Shown in pieces: positions 19,057-27,392 of a stretch of DNA of 64,000 nt. Origin of the DNA: an uncultured Chloroflexia bacterium (GTDB taxonomy: Bacteria > Chloroflexota > Limnocylindria > Limnocylindrales > CSP1-4); NCBI GenBank assembly GCA_963828165.1, contig CAWHDR010000001.1, positions 1,920,001 through 1,984,000 of the forward strand, written 5' to 3'. Under the pieces are notes generated by a model. That model was not told the origin of the DNA and made no database searches. It worked only from the letters and a program-made list of their open reading frames with translations. The first letter of the stretch is position 1, and the number at the start of each line of letters is the position of its first letter. A program made the position numbers and the translations under genes.

Positions 19057-20743
19057 GTGCGACCGCAGTCGAGCCGATCGAAGCGAGCGAGAACCGGGTT
19101 GTTCGTCGCCCTCGTGTCGGCCGCGCTCTGCGCATTGACGGTCGCGCCCGCGACGCCGTTCGCGGCCTCGAGCGTCATCGCCGCCGGTGTCCCGACGTAC
19201 GTCGACGTCTCACCTGAGCACGGGACAGGCCCGGTCGGTGGCACGGTCACGCTGACCGCCCGCGTGTACGACGACGACGAGGTCCTGTCGACGGGCTCGT
19301 CCAGCCACGTGCGGTTCTGGTTCACGTCGGGTGATCCCAACGACATCGATAGCCCAGGCAGCAGCCCGGACCTCGATTGCCACACAGGCTCCACTGGGAT
19401 CTGCACCGTTTCGTACGTCGCCGCGGTCGGAGGTACGGACACGATCTGCGCCGTGATCGGCGGCAACCAGTCGCAGTGTGCTGAGTCGATCAACGCGCCC
19501 GAGCTCGACGATCGCGTCGATGTGGTCGAGCACACCTCCGGTGGTGCCGGCCCGACGCCCACACCCACACCAACGCCCACACCCACCCCAACGCCCACCC
19601 CTACGCCCACACCCACACCATCGCCCACCCCTACGCCGACGCCGAGCCCGACTCCTTCTCCGACGCCTACGCCGACGCCCACCCCGACGCCGACGCCGAC
19701 GCCGAGCCCGACGCCCTCGCCCACGCCATCGCCGACGCCGAGCCCGACGCCGTCGCCGACCCCCAGCCCGACGCCTAGCCCGACGCCCTCGCCCACGCCA
19801 TCGCCGACGCCGAGCCCGACGCCGTCGCCGACCCCCAGCCCGACGCCGTCGCCCACGCCCGACGCCCTCGCCCACGCCCTCGCCGACGCCGAGCCCGACG
19901 CCGTCGCCGACCCCCAGCCCGACGCCCGTCGCCGACCCCCAGCCCGACGCCGTCGCCCACACCTTCGCCGACCCCGACCCGACGCCCTCGCCCACGGCTT
20001 CGCCGACGCCCACGCCTAGCCCGACGCCCTCGCCGACGCCGAGCCCGACGCCGTCGCCGACCCCCAGCCCGACGCCGTCGCCCACACCTTCGCCGACGCC
20101 ATCGCCGACGCCCAGCCCGACGCCGTCGCCCACACCTTCGCCGACGCCGTCACCCACACCTTCGCCGGACCCGACGCCCGCGCCCACGCCCGACCCGACG
20201 CCATCGCCGACCCCCGGCCCGACGCCGTCACCGGAACCGACCCCCGGCCCGACGCCCACGCCTGACCCCACACCGGGCCCGACGTCGTCGCCCGGCGCGG
20301 ATCCATCCCCCACGCCAACGCCGACTCCCACGCCGACTCCCACGCCGTCGCCAACCCCGACGCCGACGCCCCTGCCAACCGCCACGCCGACACCCACGCC
20401 TTCGCCGCAAGCTGGTGGAGCCCCGACCGGCGGAGGCACCACGACGCCGCCAGACGGCGGATCGAGTTCCTCTCAGGCCACTGGCGGACCCGTGCGGTTC
20501 GAGCCGCAGGCCTTCGTCGGCGCGGTCGTCACCGAAGTCGTCAAGGGTGTGAGGACCGCGGTCAAGCCGGAAGCGGCTTCGGCCATCGCCCAGACATTCG
20601 GGTTCCCACTCGCCTTGATGCTCGCCGTCTTCTTCTTCCTGATGATGCAGGGGCGCATGGACGAGCGCGATCCAAAGCTTCGTCGGGCCCCGCTCACCGC
20701 TGCCGAAACCACTGTCCTCTTCGTCAATGAGGCCGACGCCTGA
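19057..20743 (+). CDS. Membrane-anchored surface protein: signal peptide, Cys-containing Ig-like domain, long PT/PS stalk, C-terminal TM (frameshifted in the repeat)
   Basis: N-terminal part in ORF 19057..20019, C-terminal part in ORF 19478..20743; frame breaks near 19858, 19927 and 19977 inside the repeats; C-terminal [28 protein letters not shown]. Confidence 0.7.
19551..20408 (+). repeat. Tandem 6/12-nt coding repeat (Pro-Thr, Pro-Ser-Pro-Thr)
   Basis: Repeated ccgacgccgtcg/ccgacgcccagc units over about 850 bp. Confidence 0.9.
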
Positions 20744-23220
20744 TGCATACCTCCGAACGCCTCGAATATGCCGCCCTCAGCGACCGCATGACCGCGCTTG
20801 TGCTCCTTCGTCTCGGGATGGCCGTCATCGTTGCGGGCTGGGCCATCATCCGGCCCGAGATCCTGGGCATCGACCTCGTCCAGCTCGTCACCGTCAGTGG
20901 CGTCTACGCCGCGGTGGCGGTGGCCAATGAATTGGCCCGACGGACGTCGAGGCGACGCGGATTGCCGCTCATCACGGTGATGATCCTGCTCGATGGTCTG
21001 TTCCTCGCCTGGGCGATGTACGTGACCGGCGGCACCCAGAGCCCGCTCCGCTTCCTTGTGTACCTGCATTTGGTCGCCGTCTCGTTGCTCGCCTCCTACC
21101 GCACCGGCCTCAAGCTGGCCCTCTGGGACTCCCTGCTGCTCCTGGTCGTGTTGTACGCGCAGGCCGCACTGCTCGTCCCCGCCGTCGACGTCGTGGCCGG
21201 GGCGGCCATCGAATTCGAGCGCATGCCCCTCCTCAACGTGATGTCGTTCCTGTTGTTCGCGCTGGCGACATCGGTCTTCTCCGCGATGAATGAGCGGGAG
21301 CTTCGCCACCGCCGGGCCGATCTCCAGACCATGGTCGACATCGGCGCCAGGCTCGACGACATGACGGATCCCGTCCGGCAATCCGCCACCGTCCTCGACG
21401 GGCTCGCCGAGCGATTCGGGTTCACCCGCGGCGTCGTTTTGGGCGCATCCGACGACCAGATGATCATCCTCGCTGCGATCGGCAGCGACCACGTGCCCAC
21501 CGTCACGTCGCGGCCCGACGCGATCGTGGCCCGCGCCTGGGAGCGTCGCGAGATCCTCGCGGTCCGCGAGCTGGAACCCGCACTCGATCCGATCCTGTCC
21601 GACGTCATGCCCGGCGCGAGGAACCTCCTCGTCGCGCCGATGATCGCGGACGGCCGGGCCATCGGGGCCATCGTCGTCGAGCACCCGTCAGGGAAGATCC
21701 GAGGCGTGGACCGCCGCATCATGGCGGTCCTGGGACAAGCCTGCGCGATCGCCGCATTGAACCTGCGAAACGCCGTGTTGCTGCGCGACGTCCAGGACCT
21801 TGCGGAGCGTGATTCCCTGACGGGTGCCGCCAACCGACGGATGTTCCAGATGAGCCTCGAGCGCGTCGTCGCCGCGCCGCCCAACCCCGAGCAGACGGTG
21901 ACCGCGGTCCTGTTCGTGGATCTCGACGACTTCAAGGTGGTGAATGACACGCTCGGCCACGCGGCGGGCGACGCCCTGCTGCAGGCCGTCACCGAGCGGA
22001 TCTCCGCCTCGGTCCGCTCGGACGATCTCGTTGCCCGGCTCGGTGGCGACGAGTTCGCGATCCTGACCGACGACGCGCCCGACCTCAAGCGCTCTCTTGC
22101 GATGGCCGAACGCCTGACGCGCGAACTGCGGATGCCCTATTCCGTCAACGACCGCAGCGTGAGCGTGAGCGCCAGCATCGGAATCGCGAGCGCGCGCGAC
22201 GGGACGGACTCGGCCGACGACGTCGTCCGAAACGCCGACGTGGCGATGTACATGGCCAAGGCGAACGGCAAGGCCGGATTCGCGGTCTTCGATCCCGGCA
22301 TGCACACCGCGATCCGTGACCGCCATGAGCTTGGTGCGCAACTCCAACACGCCGTCGACCTCGGCCAGCTGCGCCTCGTGTATCAGCCCATCATCGATCT
22401 CCGCAACGGCGTCCTCGCCGGTGTCGAAGCCCTCGTCCGCTGGCAGCATCCGGAGCGCGGCCTCGTCACGCCCGGCGAATTCATCGAGATCGCCGAAGAG
22501 AACGGCGCGATCCTGCCGATCGGCCGGTGGGTCCTGCGCGAGGCCTGCCGTGAGGCGAGCGGCTGGTCCGCGCTGGACCCGGACACCTTCCTGTGCGTCA
22601 ACGTCTCCGCCCGCGAGATCCAGCAACCCGGCTTCGTGGAAGCGGTCCAGGAAGCCCTCGCCGAAGCTGGCATGGCCGCCGCGCGGCTCAGCCTCGAGAT
22701 CACCGAGACCGCGCTGCTGAAGGCGACGCCGTCCACGATCGCCACGCTCGAAGCGCTCCGCGACCTCGGGGTGAGTGTCGTCATCGATGACTTCGGGACC
22801 GGCTACTTCTCCCTCAGCCACCTGCGCCAGTTCCCCGTCGACGTCCTCAAGATCGCGAGCGAGTTCGTCCAGGTTCCCGACAGTGATTCGAAGACGGCCG
22901 CACTCGCCGGGGCGATCGTGGCGATGGGCCGATCCCTGGAGATCAAGACCGTCGCCGAAGGGATCGAGACGGCGGAGCAAGCGGCCCGCATGCGCGACCT
23001 TGGCTGTGCGTACGGGCAGGGCTACTTCTTTGCGAAGCCCATCGCAGCCGACCTCGTCGCCGGTGGGATCTTCCCGGTCGCCGAGGTCCCGGCGGTGGGC
23101 GCTCACACCGACGGATCCGCCGACGCCGGAGCCTCGCCTGCGCAGCCGGCCTTCCGCTGGCCGTTCGGCGGTCCCACGCGCCGCCGGATCGTACCGAACG
23201 CCGGGAGCAGCCCCGCCTGA
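20743..23220 (+). CDS. Membrane GAF-GGDEF-EAL c-di-GMP cyclase/phosphodiesterase
   Basis: About 5-6 N-terminal TM segments, GAF-like region, DLDDFKVVNDTLGHAAGD, RLGGDEF, GVEALVRW, DDFGTGY, AEGIET, QGYFFAKP; TGATG overlap with the upstream gene. Confidence 0.93.
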   Translation: MHTSERLEYAALSDRMTALVLLRLGMAVIVAGWAIIRPEILGIDLVQLVTVSGVYAAVAVANELARRTSRRRGLPLITVMILLDGLFLAWAMYVTGGTQSPLRFLVYLHLVAVSLLASYRTGLKLALWDSLLLLVVLYAQAALLVPAVDVVAGAAIEFERMPLLNVMSFLLFALATSVFSAMNERELRHRRADLQTMVDIGARLDDMTDPVRQSATVLDGLAERFGFTRGVVLGASDDQMIILAAIGSDHVPTVTSRPDAIVARAWERREILAVRELEPALDPILSDVMPGARNLLVAPMIADGRAIGAIVVEHPSGKIRGVDRRIMAVLGQACAIAALNLRNAVLLRDVQDLAERDSLTGAANRRMFQMSLERVVAAPPNPEQTVTAVLFVDLDDFKVVNDTLGHAAGDALLQAVTERISASVRSDDLVARLGGDEFAILTDDAPDLKRSLAMAERLTRELRMPYSVNDRSVSVSASIGIASARDGTDSADDVVRNADVAMYMAKANGKAGFAVFDPGMHTAIRDRHELGAQLQHAVDLGQLRLVYQPIIDLRNGVLAGVEALVRWQHPERGLVTPGEFIEIAEENGAILPIGRWVLREACREASGWSALDPDTFLCVNVSAREIQQPGFVEAVQEALAEAGMAAARLSLEITETALLKATPSTIATLEALRDLGVSVVIDDFGTGYFSLSHLRQFPVDVLKIASEFVQVPDSDSKTAALAGAIVAMGRSLEIKTVAEGIETAEQAARMRDLGCAYGQGYFFAKPIAADLVAGGIFPVAEVPAVGAHTDGSADAGASPAQPAFRWPFGGPTRRRIVPNAGSSPA

Positions 23221-23278
23221 TCGTTCCGGACAGACTCGAGCCCGTCCCCTGGGCACGCCAGAAGAGCGCCGCGCCCCG

Positions 23279-23920
23279 CTAGGTCGCGAGGCCCTGGCCG
23301 AGGAGCCTCGAACGCCATCCCTCGAGCCCAAGCGCCAGCGGTTCCCCGAGCCGATCGAGTCGGCTGCGCCGAGGCTCGGCCAGGGACGCAGAGCCTGTCG
23401 CCGCGACGCGTCGTGCGGCCGATGGCACCGACCGCGGTGTCGTCCGACCGTGCCAGGCCAGCGCCCGAACGGGGACCAGCCGGATCACCTGGGCGTACGT
23501 GCGCGCGAACTGGGCTGGCGTGAGGTCCAGCGCGCGGAGGCGGTCGGCGTACTTGGCCTCGAACCCCACGGGCAGGCCCGCCGCCGGGGCAACGAAGACC
23601 TCCGCCCGGGCCTCCAGAAGGCCGACGTCGAAATCGTCATCGGCGTCGCCCATGGCGAGCATCGCGCGCGGGTCCGCGCGCAGGTTGCGGACCTTGACGG
23701 CGCCGGGCTTCGACATGATGACGATCGCCTCGCCGTCCCAGACGAACCAGGTCGGGACCAGGTGCGGAGCGCCATCAGCCCGAATCGACGATAGCCAGAT
23801 CACCGGTTCCGTCTCGAGGAACCGGCGCACCCGTGCCGCGGCGAGGTCGGTGGTGTCCATGGCCGCAGCATCGGTGGGAGGGGCGTCGGCGGCCGCGGAC
23901 GACCGTCGCGGACCGAACAT
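23279..23920 (-). CDS. Pyridoxamine 5'-phosphate oxidase-like (PPOX class, possibly F420-dependent) protein
   Basis: WLSSIRADGAPHLVPTWFVWDG, KVRNLRADPR; start uncertain (23926, 23920 or 23860). Confidence 0.75.
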   Translation of the reverse strand: MFGPRRSSAAADAPPTDAAAMDTTDLAAARVRRFLETEPVIWLSSIRADGAPHLVPTWFVWDGEAIVIMSKPGAVKVRNLRADPRAMLAMGDADDDFDVGLLEARAEVFVAPAAGLPVGFEAKYADRLRALDLTPAQFARTYAQVIRLVPVRALAWHGRTTPRSVPSAARRVAATGSASLAEPRRSRLDRLGEPLALGLEGWRSRLLGQGLAT

Positions 23921-24004
23921 GGACATCCGTCGATACCGGCCGGCGACCGTATACTCGGCCCCGCTCGGCTGCTCGCCGACGCAACCCCCGGAGACCCTGC
24001 CCTG

Positions 24005-27000
24005 ATGTCGTCGCTCGTCGCCATGGTCCAGGTGAGCCTCCGCCGCTCCCGGGCCGCGTGGCCGATCGTCGCGTCGGCCGGGCTGATCTGCCTCCTTGCC
24101 GCGAGCCTGCTCGCCGCCGGCCCGATGTACGCGGGTGCCGTGGCCATCGCCGGGCTCCAACGCGTCATGACCGATGCGCCGGTCTCCGAGGCGAACGTCG
24201 AGGTCTCGATGCGCCTCGACCCGGAGGCCGCTGCGGCCGCCGACCGCGTCGTCGCGCCCGAGCTGGAACGTGCACTCGGCGACGTGGGAGGGACGATCCT
24301 GCGGGCTGGACGCTCGGACTCCTTCGGGCTTCCCGGGCCGGCATCCGGTCCCCGGACGGACCTGATCGAAGTCGGGTTCGCCGATGGCATCGAAGACCAT
24401 GCCACGCTCGTCGCCGGGTCATGGCCGGTCCCCGTCTCGGTCGAGGAGGCAGCCGCCGAGACCGCCATCCCCGGAGCCGTCTCCGAGCCCGTCGCCGAGT
24501 CACTCGGACTGGCGGTCGGAGACGCGATCCGCCTGCCGAGCCGGATCGACCCGGACTTCATCGCGTCGGTGACGGTCGCCGCGATCTTCCGGATCGACGA
24601 CCCGTCCGACCCGTTCTGGTGGGACGACCCGCAGGTGCTCGATGGTCGCGTCACGAGTGAGCGCTTCGAGACCTACGGACCGTTCTTCACGACGCCCGAG
24701 CGGTTCGGCACCCGTGCGGCGGCCGGCCGAGCGCAGTTCACCTGGCGCGCGCGGCCGAACTTCGAAGCGCTGACCCTCGAGGGGGCACCAGGGCTCAGGG
24801 TCCGCGTCGGCCAGCTCGGGGGACGCCTCGGGTCATCCATGGAAGGCGTCCCCGTGACGGTGACCTCGAGCCTGCCGGACATCATCGCGGCCGCTGAGCG
24901 CTCGCTGCTGGCCAGCCGGACCGGGGTCCTGTTGCTGACGGTGCAGTTCGTCGTGCTCGCCGCGTATGCCGTGCTGCTGAGCGCTGCCCTGCTGGTCGAG
25001 CATCGCCGGATCGATACCGCGATGCTCCGATCACGCGGCGCCGGTCCGGCGCGGATCGCCGGACTCGCCCTCGTCGAAGGGCTCCTGCTGACGCTGCCCG
25101 CGACGATCGCCGCGCCGTGGCTCGCGGCGGCCGCCCTCCAGGCCTTCAACGTCGGGGGGCCGCTCACGGAGATCGGGCTGCGGATCCAGCCCGTCGTGAC
25201 CGGCGAGTCATACCTGGCTGCCGCAGCCGCCGCCGCCGCGTGCCTGGTGGCTCTGCTCCTGCCCGCGCTGCCCACCGTCCGGTCCTTCGCGTCCGTGCAC
25301 GGCAGTGTGACCCGCGCGGAGACGCGCTCACTCGGGACGCGACTGGGCCTCGACCTGGCGCTCCTGGCTGTGGCCGGTCTCGGGCTCTGGCAACTGCGGC
25401 ATTACGGTGCGCCGCTGACGCGCTCCGTGCAGGGCTCGCTCGGCATCGACCCGCTGCTCGTCGCGACGCCGGCCATCGGATTCCTCGCCGGCGCCATCCT
25501 GGCGCTGCGCGTCATCCCGATCATCGCCGCCCTGATCGAGCGGGCCACAGCACGGGGACGTGGACTGGTCACGTCGCTCGGATCACGCCAGCTTGCCCGG
25601 CGGCCGCTGCGCTATACCCGCGCTGCGCTGCTGTTGATGCTGGCCATGGCGATGGGCGTGTTCGCCATCACCTACACGTGGACCTGGTCGACGTCGCAGC
25701 ACGATCAGGCGACGTTCCAGGTCGGCGCCGACGCGCGCGTCGAACCACGCCGACTTTTCGGCGGGCTGCCGGGTTGGGCGCTGGGTCGCGCGTATGCCGC
25801 AATTCCCGGCCTCACCGCCCGCACGCCGATCGACCGCGAGCCCGTGCCCGTTGCCGCCAGCGACGCCAGCGGCGAGATCGTCGGTCTCGATGCCACGACC
25901 GCGGGGTCGGTGGTCGTCCTGCGACCAGATCTGGCCGTGACGCCGATCGCCGAACTCCTGCGGCCGTTGGCCGCGGAACGGCCGGCGCTCGAGTCGGTAC
26001 AGCTGCCTGGCGAGCCAAGCGCACTCCTCCTGGAAGTCGACCTGGCGATCGACGCCCTGCGACAGCCCGAGACCAGCGAGGACACAGACGAGCTCGAGAT
26101 GGTCCCGGTCGACCCGGCCCAGTATGCCGACGTGCCCGCGCTCGGCGTCTCGGTCGTCCTGCGTGATGCGGACGGCCACCTGCATCGGTTCGGAGGCGAC
26201 CTCGGAACCCTCGGCGGAAGCCCGGTTCATCTGAACGTGCCGCTCGGCGATGCGCGTTTCCCGGCGGACTCAACCTTCAGCTATCCACTGGAGCTCCTCG
26301 CGATCGAGGTCCAGCTTCTCCTGCCGGAAGGACTCGAAGCGACGGAGGCGACGCTGACGGTGCCATGGATCCACGTGATCGCGAACGGTACGGAGGAACC
26401 CGTGCCGCTCACCCTGGAGCGGGGATGGCGCACCACGTCGTCGGTGTACGGCCTGCCGCACGGCGCGGTCGACGCCAGCAACACCGGGACGGAGCTGAAG
26501 GTCCAGACCGGGATACGCGGGATGCAGATCATCCGCGGCGTCGATCGCTTCGGGCGCGGGACGGTCGTGACGTTCGCTCCGGTCGCGCTCGACGGGGTCG
26601 GTGTCGACCCGATCCCGGTCGTGGCGACCGACCCCTATCTCGAGGCGACCGGCGGCGCCATCGGCGACGAGCTGCACGTGCAGCTCGCCGGCATCGATCG
26701 TCGGGTCGTCGTCGTCGGCGCGATCCGTGCGTTCCCGACGGTGGATCCATCGAAGCCGCTACTGCTCATGGACTACGAGACGCTGGCACTCCTGCGGTTC
26801 GAGGGCAGCGACGCCGTGGCTCCGGCGCAGGAATGGTGGTTCGCCGTCGACCCGTCGCAGCACGAGGCCACGATCGATCGCCTCCGTGACCCGTCGCTTG
26901 GAAGCCGCTCGGTCGTGAGCCTGGTCGAGCGCAACCGAGCGCTGGCGACGGACCCGGTCGCGCTCGGGATCATCGGCGTCCTGAGCATCGGTGTCGTGGC

Positions 27001-27391
27001 AGCGGGCCTGTTCGCGGTCGTGGGATTCGTCGTCAGCGCGGCGGTCTCCGCCCGCGAGCGCGTGACCGAGTTCGCGTTGCTCCGGGCGCTCGGCTTGTCG
27101 TCCCGTCAGCTGTCGGGCTGGCTGTCGCTCGAGAACGCGACGCTGGCCGCGATCAGCCTCGTGGCCGGCACCGCGCTTGGCCTGGTGGTCGCGTGGGTCG
27201 CCCTGCCGTTCGTCACGGTCACACAACGGGCCGTCACGCCGTTCCCCCCGGTCGAGGTGACCGTGCCGTGGGCGACGATCGCGGCGCTCGAGGCGATCGG
27301 CATCGTGGCGCTGTCGGGCGCGGTCGTCGTCCTGGCCTGGCTGCTCCGCCGGACCGGCATGGCCTCGGCGCTGCGCATGGGCGACGACTGA
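24005..27391 (+). CDS. FtsX/MacB-like ABC permease (large, duplicated)
   Basis: AMLRSRGAG and EFALLRALGLS FtsX motifs, multiple TMs, large extracytoplasmic loops. Confidence 0.85.
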   Translation: MSSLVAMVQVSLRRSRAAWPIVASAGLICLLAASLLAAGPMYAGAVAIAGLQRVMTDAPVSEANVEVSMRLDPEAAAAADRVVAPELERALGDVGGTILRAGRSDSFGLPGPASGPRTDLIEVGFADGIEDHATLVAGSWPVPVSVEEAAAETAIPGAVSEPVAESLGLAVGDAIRLPSRIDPDFIASVTVAAIFRIDDPSDPFWWDDPQVLDGRVTSERFETYGPFFTTPERFGTRAAAGRAQFTWRARPNFEALTLEGAPGLRVRVGQLGGRLGSSMEGVPVTVTSSLPDIIAAAERSLLASRTGVLLLTVQFVVLAAYAVLLSAALLVEHRRIDTAMLRSRGAGPARIAGLALVEGLLLTLPATIAAPWLAAAALQAFNVGGPLTEIGLRIQPVVTGESYLAAAAAAAACLVALLLPALPTVRSFASVHGSVTRAETRSLGTRLGLDLALLAVAGLGLWQLRHYGAPLTRSVQGSLGIDPLLVATPAIGFLAGAILALRVIPIIAALIERATARGRGLVTSLGSRQLARRPLRYTRAALLLMLAMAMGVFAITYTWTWSTSQHDQATFQVGADARVEPRRLFGGLPGWALGRAYAAIPGLTARTPIDREPVPVAASDASGEIVGLDATTAGSVVVLRPDLAVTPIAELLRPLAAERPALESVQLPGEPSALLLEVDLAIDALRQPETSEDTDELEMVPVDPAQYADVPALGVSVVLRDADGHLHRFGGDLGTLGGSPVHLNVPLGDARFPADSTFSYPLELLAIEVQLLLPEGLEATEATLTVPWIHVIANGTEEPVPLTLERGWRTTSSVYGLPHGAVDASNTGTELKVQTGIRGMQIIRGVDRFGRGTVVTFAPVALDGVGVDPIPVVATDPYLEATGGAIGDELHVQLAGIDRRVVVVGAIRAFPTVDPSKPLLLMDYETLALLRFEGSDAVAPAQEWWFAVDPSQHEATIDRLRDPSLGSRSVVSLVERNRALATDPVALGIIGVLSIGVVAAGLFAVVGFVVSAAVSARERVTEFALLRALGLSSRQLSGWLSLENATLAAISLVAGTALGLVVAWVALPFVTVTQRAVTPFPPVEVTVPWATIAALEAIGIVALSGAVVVLAWLLRRTGMASALRMGDD

Positions 27392-27392
27392 C

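Noticed and set aside
19551-20408. Possible CRISPR array
   Set aside because: Short degenerate codon-phased repeats with no unique spacers and no cas genes.
18414-20442. Gly-Val repeat ORFs on the minus strand (also 1435..1794)
   Set aside because: Reverse complement of Pro-Thr repeats; the plus strand carries the signal peptide and anchor.
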